A DNA stretch of 64,000 nucleotides, taken from the NCBI GenBank assembly GCA_973895155.1, contig OZ316894.1, positions 14,523,680 to 14,587,679 on the forward strand. The letters are read 5' to 3'. A program made the position numbers and the translations under genes. Source of the stretch: Marsupella aquatica. Lineage: Eukaryota > Plantae > Marchantiophyta. Positions 27,295-39,385 of the stretch are shown here, piece after piece; position 1 is the first letter of the stretch; each line of letters starts with the position of its first letter. Under the pieces are notes generated by a model. It was not told the DNA's origin and did no database searches. It saw only the letters and a program-made list of their open reading frames with translations.

Positions 27295-30200
27295 ATGCAA
27301 CCTTCAAGCGCCCCAAGCTCTCCAAGAGGGTATACCACAGTTCCAGAGGAAGATCACGGTCATTGCGAGTCTACACAATCTTTGTTCTCTGGGGCATTTT
27401 ACTCGCGTCGAGTTACAAGGTCAAGCGGAGCAATCACTTCCATCAACGCAACACTACCACACCAGAAGTCCAGAAGGGTCCGAATGGACACGGATAGCAT
27501 GACCGATTACGCGCTGGGAGAGGGCAACAAGGTTGGATTAGGGATGGATGAAGTCATCTCGCGACACATAATGTCATTTGGAAAAGATTTCTGGGGAAAC
27601 GAGAAGGAACCGCCCAGGATTCCGCTTTGTCGGTTGATCCACATGGAGGTAGTGCGGACGCTTCAGAAGGAGAGTGCGTCAATTGAGAAATTGAAAGACT
27701 CGTTCCGAAGTAGTGGCTACAATCCAAGGATTGGAATGCGGTTTTTGTGCAACCGACCAATTCTGATGGTGTGGAGAAAATATGCACTGAGGAGATCAGG
27801 GAGACTTGGGATGCTATTTGGGTTGCTGAGAACGAGAAATTTGAGTTAGAATGCACGACAGATCCAACTTTTACGATCTTGAAAGACAAAATGTTCTTAG
27901 TGTTTGATGGGAATCACCGACTTTACTCGTGGACTATATATGGTCACAAAGGAAAATCCAGACAATGTCAAGTATCATCCCAAAGTTCTCTGCACCATTT
28001 TCAAGGGTGATAAAGCTTCGCAAATTCAGATTGAGGCGGCTATGCACACTGTCAACCAGTAAGTAATTCGGCACAAACTTGTAATTAAACATTTCCGCAA
28101 TCCGTTGCTGTTAAATAAATACTAAAGAGAGTGTTTTTTATGCTAGCGCGTGGCGCTACTAATTTCAAACATGGCCTATTGCAGGTTAGGGCAGGCCGTT
28201 GTTGAACCGTCTTGGATCCTTGACGCAGACAGAATCCGAAGCATTCTCTCTCACGATCTAGAGTACTATAAGTCAATAATTGACAGCGCCAATTATGCAA
28301 AGTTTGAGTATATCAAACAGAAGACTCGAAAACATTCTTGGTACACACGGAAAATGCCTTTGGAAGCTCTTGTTTATATTTTGTGCGAAAACAAAATCAA
28401 AGCTTACATAACCAGTTCAAGATGGACATGGCATTGGCAGCAAGTCAAGGCAGTCCTTGGTTGGCTGATGAGGTCGCAAAGCAACAGTCACTCATGTTGA
28501 AAGAGGCCACCAAAGACTGGTCTACGAAAACATCCAAAATCACTCCTCTTCTTAATCCTGAGTTTGAAGATTTTCTAGGTACTTGTGCAAAGATGTACGT
28601 ATTGATGGAGAAGAACAAGCGAGAGAAAAAAACCCGATTCGGTTGTTTGTACTATGGACCATGCTAGACTATTCACAGCCGTTTTTGCTCTCGATCCAAA
28701 ATTGAGATGCACTTTGCTTGTTGCTCATTGTACTCCAGAGTTGAGAAAACAATTCTTCCACCCTGCCAGTGTGAATGATGATCCAGTGAAGCAGTGGTGT
28801 CACACATGGCAGACCTGGAATACCGTCGAGGGAATCGCAATTGGGATGTTGCAATCTGCAATTTCTGTAGCCATTGAAACACTCCCAATTGATAGGCTTG
28901 CCCATTCAGGGTGTGACTCAGTAGAGGGTCTGATTGAATTATTTCAAGTGAGTTCAGAAGGTATGGGGATCTTGTGAAGGCAAAGTTCTTCAACACCATG
29001 TGGCCATCAAAATACCCTGATAAAGAGGTATATACAGAGAAAAATCAGAAGAGGGCCAAGAGGTATTTGTATTGTTTTTACATATGGATGGAAGTACATT
29101 CCCCGGATGCGCTTTGGGCGTATCCAGCCGCATTTCACAAGTGGATTGTTGCAAAGGAGGGAGATCATGTTGCTGACTTGTATTCGATGTATCCTGCTGA
29201 GGGTAAACTTCCACCACGGGAAATGTCTGAGTGGGAAAGAATTCACTGCCCGTGGTATCTTGACACAGACAAGTGGGATTCACCATTTGACGAAGTGGAG
29301 AAGGATTGGTTTCTTAAACTAGCCAAGTTGCAGATTCTACCCAACATAGTTTTTGAGATGAAGCAAGGGCTCCTGAGCGACGTCGACAAATCATCTACTG
29401 AGTTACAAACAATCTGCGAGACAGTAGTTGTACATGTAGACACGAGCCGCAAGCCGAGAGGGAAAGTGAAAGTAGACACAGCACTGCCAAGTGCATCAAC
29501 GAGATCCGGGAAGAAACATACGTTTCCATTCAAACCCAGTTTAGTTCTTTGCTAGCGCCTGGCGCTACTATTCCTGTACTTCAACCTTAATCCATTTTTT
29601 TTCTTTCTGACACTTATCCCACATTCTATGCAATGTGTGAATAGGTCAAAAGAAGTCGGATGCAGACGCCACTGATGATACAAAGGTTACCCCGGAAGCT
29701 TCAGAAGCAAATACTGGCGCTTTGCCAGATCCACTTAGACCAATTAATTCTGGAAAATCAATTGTACCAGTCGATGCAACGAGTACAAAGAAGAAAAGCA
29801 GGAGGACTCGCGATGTTGGGCAATCAGAAAGGGATTCTCTGGCGGCCACCGGGCTCCAACGTGATGTTGGGAATTTTAAATCCAAGGCATCTCGTCATTG
29901 TTTCGTTGAGACCAGTGTCAGTGAATTAGTGGACAGTGTGTTTAACAAGGAGGAGAAGCCAAAATGGGTTAATGATGCCGAAAAGTGGGGGAAGGACTTA
30001 ATCAAATCGGGATGCCGACTGAAAGGGGTGGTGAGGGGTGGGAAAGAGAGGCCTTTTGGTGTTGACGCTGGTTTTATTTATTTGCCAACTGGGCTAAAAC
30101 CAACTTTGCTTGATAGGAAGGTCCCTAAATGGAACGTTCCCGGCTGTACGCTAGCCCAGTGTTTTTTCCGGGCAATGGATCCCTTTTTGTTGGATGACGG

Positions 30201-31109
30201 AATTATTGCGATACTCCATACAGGGGAGTATGATCAGATTTCACAGGTCATCTCAACATGTCAAGAGTCTAAGAAATTCCAATGTTTGTGTACACATAAT
30301 GTTGTCATGGGGTTCCCCATGTACAAGGCCAAGTCTGATTTGCAGGTAAATCTATTCATCACACTTTCAAAGTTTTGCTAGCGCTAGGCGCTGCTCATTT
30401 TATGTAGTGCTCGATTAGAAATTTTAATCTTTTCCTAGGTACACTACTAATCATACTATTAATTCTTTGCTAGCGCCCGACGCTATTACAATTCTTTGGT
30501 CCTTACTTGTTCATGTTCCCTTTTCAGGTATTCACTTTACGTTTAGATATATTTTGTCGAGTATCATCCAAGGTGAAAGTCCCCAAGGATCCTAAGTTCA
30601 AACCTCTTTCAAGAGCAGAGGATCCCTCTATCACAAATCTGATCGGACTTCCATTTGCGAAGGTGGATACAACTCCAGAGCTTGAATTTGCCGAGAATGC
30701 CAGACTACATCCAGGGTTTATGCAGTATGTTTTGGAACTAATCACGTGTCCCAGAGATATTGTTCTGGATTGGGCTGTAGGTTCTGGGAGTACATTTGTG
30801 GCAGGTGATAATTGTGGTCGATTTGTAATTGGGCTTGAGAATAGGAAGGAGTTCGTTGAAACTACTTCAAAAATATTTCTGGACCTTCTAACTCCCAAAG
30901 TATCTGAGTCCAAAGCCCCTCCGAAGCCTGTGCTTGCAAAACGAAAGAGAGACAAACTTAAATCAATATTAAATTTTGACTCCGAAGATGAGAATGAAGC
31001 AGAAGAGGGGGATGAAGAAGAGGAGGATCCGAACATTCCTAGAGTGTCTTTAACCGGAGAAGATCCGGAATCTAATGGAGGGAGTGACAGCGAAGACTCT
31101 TCTGAGTAA
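27295..31109 (+). pseudogene. ParB/Sulfiredoxin-like domain + helical region + beta-class N6A/N4C DNA-methyltransferase-like domain (copy A)
   Basis: VRTL..IEKLKDSF...GY and MFLVFDGNHRLYSW (~27890-27932); VDAGFIYLPTG..W..FLLDDGIIAILH; HPGFMQYVLELITCPRDIVLDWAVGSGSTFVAGDNCGRFVIGLE. Predicted introns 28059-28184, ~29518-29644 (donor apparently mutated) and 30346-30527. Confidence 0.72.
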
Positions 31110-31723
31110 GAAACTACCGAGTAAGCTCATAAGCTAACCCGGTTTTTATTACGGTCGATTCCCTTCTTCTCTCTTTGATGTCACATTTTTTTTCCTTTTT
31201 TGCAAATATTTTGGCTGTTGACATCAAATCCAATATTCTCCTCCTCAGGTCAGACTGGAATCTTCGCTGGCGTTTCCAACTCAGACGGAAAGTAGCTAGG
31301 CGATATATTGAAACTCCCGAGAAACCATTTGTCTTACCTTCCTATGCTGAAAATGTTGCTAGAAAAGTTGACAGTGTGCCCTAAACTGGGAGAATAAAGG
31401 CTTGAGATTAAGGAGGGGGTCTGATAGAAAATTTATGCGGAACCGATTTGTGGATGATATGGCCAAGAGCGAATTTTTAGACATCGAGGCAGAATCTACC
31501 GATAGGTCCGAATCCCGTGAATCGGAGTGCTCGGATTAACTTGGATCTCTGTTGTTAATTTGGGTGTATTTTTAGTGCAACTATGCTAGCGCCGGGCGCT
31601 ACCCAAATGTATGCCAGAAATACTGTACAATAAAGATATTATATGTCAGTTGTAACCATGGAGTGTCCACTCAAAGTACTCTTTCTATTATAGTAGCGCC
31701 CGGCGCTACTATAATTGTATAAC

Positions 31724-34463
31724 ACACCAAAGCCCCTCTCTTTTCCACCACGCATTACTCCCTTCTCTCTGTCTCTTGACTTTACCAAATCCTTTCCCTA
31801 GGCCTCAACTTTAGTAACCCACATGGGCTTCAGCCCCTTGTTAAATACTGAATTGTAAAATTCATTTAAATTGGACTCCACAAAATAGTGTCGAGAAGAC
31901 CTTCGTTTAAAATGCCTGACATCTCTCTGGAGTCCATAGGAAATAACGTCTCGAGTAGATGATGCTGCTCTGTCCTCACCGGCGCCTCTTTTTTTCTTTT
32001 TCTTAGTGCTAGTTGCATCGATAGGGACAATGGACTTGCCAGCACCATCTAGGGTCACTTGATCCGGGGTTTCTTGAGCTCCAGTGTTTGCCTCCGATGC
32101 CTGAGGAGTTGCATCACTCTTCCCTTTGGCAGCCGGTACCTCCGTGTCAGACTTTTGCCCTCCTGTTAGGCACAAAAACTTGCATGAGTCCAACCTTTTA
32201 GACCAGCGCCAGGCGCTATTAATGAAAGGAATTTCCAATCCTGCATAACCAGCACCAACAAGTAACCAAAAAGTGCTTAGACAACTCACTTTTCTTGAAG
32301 GACCTTGTGGACTCACTTGGTGCAGCTGACTCATTCTTCGCCTTTGCTCTTGGCTTACGGCTTTTGTCAACGTGCATGACAAGAGACTCACAATTCTTTT
32401 GTAACTCAGATGCAGATTCATCAACATCAGACTGTAGACCTTGCTTCATTGCAGACACATAGTTGGCAGGGATTTGGGACTTCTGCAATTTCATGAAGGC
32501 ATCCTTCTCAGCTTTGTCGAACGGCAAATCCCATTTGTTTGTGTCGAGGTACCACGGATAGTGAAGTCTCTCCCACTCCGACAATGAACGTGGTGGAAAC
32601 TTTCCCTCCGATGGGTACATCAAATACAGGTCGGCAAGAGGGTCTCCCTCTTCAATAGATACCCATTTTTGAAATGCAGCAGGGTATACCCATAGAGTGT
32701 CAGGAGATCTAAGCTCCATCCACATGTAAAACCGGTATAGATATCGTTTGGCTCTTTTCCGGTTCCGCTCTGTGTAATCTTCCTTGTCCGCATATTTGGA
32801 AGGCCACAAATTGTTGAAGAATTTTGCCTTCACCAAATCCCCAAAGTTCTTGAATTCATCGAGAATGATCTTCAGCATGGCATCCATTGACTCACATCCA
32901 GACTTTGTGAGATGGTCAGCCGACATCCGGTCAGAAATCTGTTTGAAGGAAGTGTGAAGCATTCCAGTTGCAATTATCTCAACAGAATTCCAAGTATGCC
33001 ATGTATGGCACCACTGCTTCACAGGCTCGTCGTTGACACTTGCAGGATGGAAAAACTGTTTCCGAATCTTAGGAGTGCAGTGGGCTACTAGAAGGGTGCA
33101 CCTCAATTTTGGATCCAGGTATGACACTGCAGTAAACAACCGGGCTCGATCCATGGTGCATACGACTATCTCTGGCTTCTTCTCCCATTTGTTCTTCTCA
33201 GTAACGGGATACATCTCAGCACAGGTTCCCAAATAATCTCCAAAATCTGGATGAAGTAAAGGGGTGATGTTGGTCACTTTGATTGACCAATCTTTGGTCG
33301 CCTCCTTCATCATTGCCTCATGCCTCTTCGTGGTCTCCTCTTTTGATCAAGGCGCACCTTGAGCTTTGGCTAAAGCCATATCAGACTTAAATTGATTTGA
33401 GTAAGACTTGATTTTGTCCACACACAGAATATAGATGAGAGCGTCCTGTGGCATTTTGTGTGTGAACCAAGACCCCTTTCTCGTCTTCTTTCAGATCGCC
33501 TCAAACTTTACCATGTTTGCGCTGTCGATCAGTGGTTTGTAGTGATCAAGATCACGCGACAGAATTTGGGAAATTCTGTCCGCGTCAAGAATCCAGGAAG
33601 GTTCGACGACTGCTTGTCCAAGCCTGGATGAAATGAGAAGGAATTAGTAGCGTCGGACGCTAGCAAAGATTGGGGAATGAACACTTTCGTAAAGCATGTT
33701 TGGTCCAAAATGAATGACAAGGGTAAAAACACTTAACAAATATAACTTACTAGTTCACGGTGTGCATTGCCGCCTCGAGCTCAACTAGCGAACCTCTGTC
33801 ACCATTGAAAATGACGCAAATCACACAAGGATGATACTTCAAGTTGTCCGGATTCTCCCTCGTGACAATTGACCAGGAGTACAATCGATGATTTCCGTCA
33901 AACACACAGAACATTTTATCTTTTAGAATATGGAATGTTGGATCTGCATCACACTCTTCCTCAAACTTCTTGTTCTCTGCAACCTAGATTGGATCCCAAG
34001 AGTCCCGGATCTCGCTGGTGCATATCTGAGGAACTCCATTAGCATTTGCAGGCTGAACGTAGAAAGGCATCCCAATGCGCGAGTTGTACCCTATGACCCA
34101 GAATGATTCTTTCAACTTCTCGATTGACGCACTTTCTTTCTGTAAGGTTTGAACAAGCTCCATGGGGAGCAATCTACAAAGAGGAATTCGAGGTGGCTCC
34201 TTATCAAATCCTCATAAATCCTTCTCGAACGGCAACGCATGCTTTGATATTACCTCGTCCATCGATAAGCCAATGTCACTGACTTCACCCATGGAGACCT
34301 CCTTAGGGTCCATTCTTCCTCTTCTCGACCTTGGGAAGGGCTGTGTAGATTCAGCTTTGGAAGTTGACAGGGACGCAGTCGATCGAGTGACGTGACGGGT
34401 GTATACAGAACCAGCTAACGAAGACTGAGAGGACTCAGAATGACCACCATCAGCCTCCCCCAT
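31724..34463 (-). pseudogene. ParB-like gene (copy B), truncated before the MTase domain
   Basis: PPRIPL, GYNSRIGMPFYVQP, VFDGNHRLYSW, MDRARLFTAV, WPSKY..KRAKRYLY. Introns 33750-33624 and 32289-32163 at the same positions as in copy A. Homology stops at GGKERGFGV. Confidence 0.8.
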
Positions 34464-35504
34464 TCTGATATCACCCAGCCAAAAGATGTTGTGGAGAGGG
34501 ACTCGACCATCTGACAGTGTCGTACGCGCCGTGTAGTTCTTGTGACGATCACCGAGCAGGCTGTACGGGACCAATAAAGGACCCACATACACACTTGACA
34601 AACTTGTACAGTCCGAGGTCTGAGCGCTTAAATGGACTAAATTATCTACAACAGCAATCCCCACCTCGTATTAAGTCACCAATACGATGGACCCAACCAA
34701 TCGATTACAACGGTCAAAAGTACAGATGGCATTCTCCGATTGGACTTTCATCCGAGACAAAAAGAAAAAGGGTTTTGTGAACCTCAATCTATTCTAATAT
34801 TACCGTTGGAAAGTGTCCGTTGGAACCAGAACAATGTCGGTAATTAAAGATAGCGCCAAGCGCTATTATAAAACATACACTCAACTGAATTTGAAAATAC
34901 CGTCTTCCAATAGCGCTCGACACTAGTATCGATAATAATATCTATAAATTTTCAAATTTTGCGTAGATGTCAACCCGCCAACGTTAATAGCGCTCGACGC
35001 TAGTATAGATGTGACGCCAATGACATGGTCCTTATTTTGTAATCTGATTAAGTAGGTTGCTGTATGCAAGGAGTAGCTATTGATATTGCATAACAATTAG
35101 CAAGATGGCAAGAATAAGGGCAATCATGGCGTTAAGAGTAGGGAAATAAAAGCTATGTCGCGGGTGGTCGATGACCATATCTCTTTCAATATGTCACCAA
35201 ATCCGGATATGTAAAGAGCATTGGAAAGATCTGGTCAAGGCGAGTAAAATCGATATAAAATGCTTGGGAAACGGAGGTGTATTAAGGAAGATACGGCCTG
35301 ATTAGTGTGACGGGTTAACTTGTGGCCGGAATTAGCGGATTCGGCTTCAGTTTCGGGTTAACCCAAGCTCGGCCACGGTTTAGCTTAGGTAAACACGGCT
35401 TCAGCTTAGCTCAGGTAAGCACGGCTTCAGCTTAGGCTTAACCCGGGTTCAGATTAGATTGATCTCGGGTTAGACTCGAGTATAATGCTCATCGAGAAAA
35501 GATC

Positions 35505-38500
35505 GTGCCTTTGGCTGTGTATCGGCAGAGTGCAATGGATACAATCTTGAAATCCAAAGGTCATAGTGAATTGTCTCGGTTTATAAGGGGGAGTGATTTT
35601 GTTCATCACGTAGTGCCTAGTCTTCCCACATCTTACAATGGGAATGTGGTTTTTGAGTTACCCCCGGTAGACTGTGTGAACGCGAAAGGTGAACGTTTGA
35701 AAGATATGGGTCGCGGTAAGGATTGTTATTACTGGACTTGGATTGTGAAAAGTCTTCAAATGTTCTTCCGAAGAAAATGTGGGATTTTGGGAAAGTTCAG
35801 TGTACGGGATCGCTGCAATGTCAAAATAATGCTTGTTTGTGGTGGAAAGACAACAAGTTTTGGAAATAATGAGATGTGGGCAAGAACCCCAAAACTTTCG
35901 GGCCCGTTCCGAGTTAGGGAATTGATCTCCAAAGGTGGAGTTGTTTGTCACCATTGCTCCAAACCTCCAATGTGCGTTGAGGCCTGCCCTGCTCTAATGT
36001 TCTACATGTATCCATCTGCGAAAGTTGACGTAAAGTCTTTGGCCCACATGTTGTGACTTGCTGTTCATATGGGATTTCACAATCATCCCAGTCGACGGGT
36101 CTGGTTGAGGGAGGCAAAAAAGGTAGCAAGGTCTCATCTGGAGAAGGGATTCAGTGCAAACCCCATGGCAACCCCAACAGGGATAAAAAACTCTGCCACT
36201 GAGACATTGACAAATACATTTTGCGAGGCCTCTGTTGAAGAAATCTCTCTTGAAGAAGAGAAGGAAATCTGGGAGTCCCTGATGGTCGTCGCATCTCCTT
36301 AGAAGTTTGCATCCGTGTTAAGGAGTGTCCGTCAAGATCAAAAGGGGAAAGGGGAACTGGAATTTCTTGTGAGGATGCAAAAGTGTATCCAACTGCCTTT
36401 GCTTCAGAGGTTCTTGCTCCCTGGTCAAGGCTGCCGAGACGAGAGTGCTCATATCTTTAAAATGACTGTAAAAGGTGACGGTTGTGGTCTGGACCCGCTC
36501 CAAAGAATGAAACCTAGGGGGTCGTTAGAGGGTTCATGGGTAAGTTTTGATGTGATGCATCAAAGCACGACAAATTGGCTTACTTTCAGTGCCCACGTAT
36601 ATGATCATCATTACCGGGAACTTTGCACCATATTCACTTGTGAGCTAAAGGCCGAAGATGCAAAATCTCTGGAGAGAGCCTAGCGTTTGATGCTAGAGGT
36701 TTCCGATGAAAATGGTTTATAGGATGTTACAATTCGGGGATTCATGATGGACAATGCTCAAGCTGGCTGGAATGCTATTCGAAGCATGTTCTTTGACGGC
36801 GTACCCGACCTAGAGGAAGAAAGATCAGATGCCTTTCATTTTTTCCAATCTTTTCATCGTCATTCCCGAGAAGGTGTGAAAGATGGAAAGCACGTAGAGC
36901 ACAAGGAGATGTGGGATCGTCTTTGGAACGCATCAGCTTTCTTGAAAGCGTATCGAATCTCTAGGGAAATTGATGACTGGTGGAGGTCTAGCAATTGTCA
37001 CTCAGGCAAACTTTGGATGCTCCAAGGGTGGTTGTCTTGGTGGGTTGTTCGATGGAGACAATGGGGGAACTTCATAAGACTGGTGAGTTCTAGTCTTTTC
37101 TAGTATGCATTTGCCCATTAATAGCGCTCGACGCTACTAAAACATGCGTGAGACAGCATAGTTCCTTATCTGCAAGAGTAGCGCCAAGTGCTAGTAATCC
37201 ATTTGGCCTATGAGTGATATAAGGACTACCTTTATTTTGTGTTCAACTGTACTTTACATGGAAACATCATCATCAAGTATGGTATACTAGCGCCTGGCGC
37301 TACTATTATTTCCATTGTGTTGCCACTTGTGAGTGCAATTTCTTATATGTACTAAACACTTGCGTGCAATGTTTCAGAGCAAGAGTGCCGAAGAAGCTGG
37401 GATGATTCCAAATTGTACTGGATCGGAATCTAGGCATGTTGGAATGAAAGCATGGCAACAGAAAAAGAAGGTTGGTCTCTTTGAAGGATGCAAAACGGAC
37501 CAAAGTAGAGTTGTTGCTCAAATTGCTGCTTATACGACATACAAAAGGGGATTGAACAGAGGAACTGGCCCAACTATTTTTGAGCTTGCCTTCAGATCGG
37601 CAGACCTGGCGGGGTCACTGCGTCTCTTTGAGGAAGCCACCAATCTTCTCCTGTCAAACGCTGCTGAGTTTGATTTGGAAAGAAGCGTTCCATTGAATGG
37701 GGATGTTGTAACTCAATCTATGAAACAAAAAGGACATGCAACTGGGAACGTCTCGGCAGAAGACTTGCACAGGCATGATACCATCCTTGTTACTTCACCA
37801 AATACAAAAGGTTTGAAAAGGAGAAACCTGCATTCCATTGATTTTGAGAAAATGCCTTCTATGCCTTCAGCCGGTGGAATTGATGGGGTCCATAATTTGT
37901 CCAAAAGCAATACTTCTGAGGAAGTTGTAGTCATTGACACACCTTCGCGACAAGCAACGAGATCCTCTGTCCCACCAGTGACCCCTGCAAGAACTGTCGA
38001 GACTGCATATTGTTTTTCAGTTTTCCCAATGGAAAGTGAAGTACCTCCCGGTGCCTGGCAATTGCGTTGGACCTCAAAACGGGGTGCAGGTCCAGTGTGT
38101 AACGGAACCCTTGGACGGGGAGGGAGTCATGATGAATGTTGAAATCGAGTAAAGAAGGTAGGCCTTCCGAATCCAGATGGTGTTGTTGCAATTTCTGTGA
38201 GGGGATGTAGAATGTTCAGGGGGCAACCTTATAACGATCAGATATGGTTTTGCCCCAACAACCACTATCACCAAAGCACAACAAGGAGATGAGTCTCGAA
38301 CATTCCCAATGTTCCTTCCCATCTTCCAATTGCCAGAGGAACGAATCTATTTGGAGCAGAGATTCAATTTTTGAAAGAACAAGGACTTATTCTCTCTGAA
38401 GGCCGTGGAGATGAAATCGAAGCACCGTTGTCATCTGCGTTACGGATTGATGTCAATCTTTTCCCAGAGAGGATCAACCTAACTGACCCATGTGTGAGAT

Positions 38501-38904
38501 GCGCTTCAAGGAACGAGAAGAAATGCTTGCAAAGAGTGCATCTTACCCACACCCATTTGAAGAGAATTGAAGCCTCTAAAAAAGAAGTCATGAGCGTCAT
38601 TGGAGAGAGAGAGATCACGAGTGGAAATGCATCGGGGAAACAGTTTTGTATCCGGACCCATGAACATGAGAGATCAGTCACCTCTTACTGGGTTCAGATA
38701 TGTTGTTTCCCATGTTGCTCCTACGAGGATTTCTACCGTCGGCATACTTATCGGAAGCCTTACATGCCTTGCAAACATGTGTATTGGGTGTTCAAGAATG
38801 TGTTCAAACTGGATGTGCACGATTCGACATTATGTAGCCAGCCAATTCTAACGTTGGGAGACGTCCGTTACATACTTGATAGGCAGTTGGGAACAAGAAT
38901 TTAG
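35505..38904 (+). pseudogene. GCM-like + MULE + SWIM transposase (copy B); intron 37083-37377
   Basis: SYNGNVVFELPP, CHHC..C..CPALMFY, GFHNHP, WVSFDV, FMMDNAQAGWNAIRSMF..FHFFQS, PNCTGSESRH, PCCSYEDF..CKHVYW. Confidence 0.8.
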
Positions 38905-39192
38905 ATTGTTGCTTTAACGTTGAACAACTAGAATTGTAGTTTGTCTTTTCTAACGGGCAGAAGTGAGTTGTTTAAGTGCTGTTTTTTTAGTATAATACAA
39001 TACTAGCGTCGGGCGCTAGTATTGTATGACTTGTGTTTTGACTTCATAATTTGTTGCAATATATTGGAGTCCTTGTGTGAAATCGTCAAAAATATTCCTC
39101 TGATGTCGTATAGTGGTGGGCCCCACCACAATGTTGTCCGCACAATTATTGCATATATGGACGCTAAATACCCTGAAGAGAAGAAACTAAAA

Positions 39193-39346
39193 TGCATACA
39201 AGAAAAGAAATACTTGTACGAGAAAACAAAAACTCATACAAGAAAACAGAAACTCGTACGAGTAAATAGATATGCTCATACAAGTAACTTGTTTACTCGT
39301 ACGAGACAAAATTTTGCTTGTACGAGGCAAAATTTTCTCGTATGAG
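39193..39346. repeat. Subterminal array of the 10-bp palindrome CTCGTACGAG (8 units, 20-22 bp period)
   Basis: Units at 39193 (degenerate), 39213, 39233, 39253, 39275, 39296, 39317 and 39337; variants are mostly C>T/G>A. Confidence 0.85.
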
Positions 39347-39385
39347 CATATCTATTTACTATTTGCTATCACGGTGGTTATACCC

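Larger units (their letters stand above)
21918..31720. mobile_element. Mutator-like DNA transposon, copy A (transposase plus ParB-like/MTase-like gene)
   Basis: Left end GGGCATCACCACCGAGATAGGAAACAGG resembles the rc of copy B's end (GGGTATAACCACCGTGATAGCAAATAG). Two divergent genes. Right end lost at the junction with copy B. Confidence 0.78.
22212..39018. repeat. Dispersed 15-bp palindrome TAGCGCCNGGCGCTA, 24 copies counted
   Basis: Starts at 22212, 22460, 24246, 24315, 24392, 26621, 26684, 26829, 26902, 28144, 29553, 30379, 30471, 31587, 31694, 32204, 33648, 34851, 34911, 34988, 37122, 37179, 37288 and 39004. All are non-coding; none noticed outside the Mutator-like copies. Confidence 0.92.
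31724..39385. mobile_element. Mutator-like DNA transposon, copy B (inverted, diverged, truncated)
   Basis: Same two genes in mirror orientation; terminus ...CACGGTGGTTATACCC at 39385 abuts Copia-2 integrase sequence. Confidence 0.8.

Noticed and set aside
27295-31109. Bacterial contaminant parABS or restriction-modification locus
   Set aside because: Spliceosomal-type introns at shared positions in two copies, no ParA or restriction enzyme, and embedded among plant TEs.
31687-31715. Helitron 3' hairpin or intrinsic terminator
   Set aside because: One of many dispersed copies of the same motif, with no consistent CTRR end or U-tract and no RepHel gene.
22212-39018. Palindromic repeats as a CRISPR array or bacterial REP elements
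   Set aside because: Only 15 bp, irregularly spaced over 17 kb, inside GT-AG introns, and no cas or RAYT gene.
21918-39385. A+B as one intact element with giant TIRs
   Set aside because: The copies are strongly diverged, the flanks differ (CACTA SET exon versus Copia integrase), and there is no TSD.
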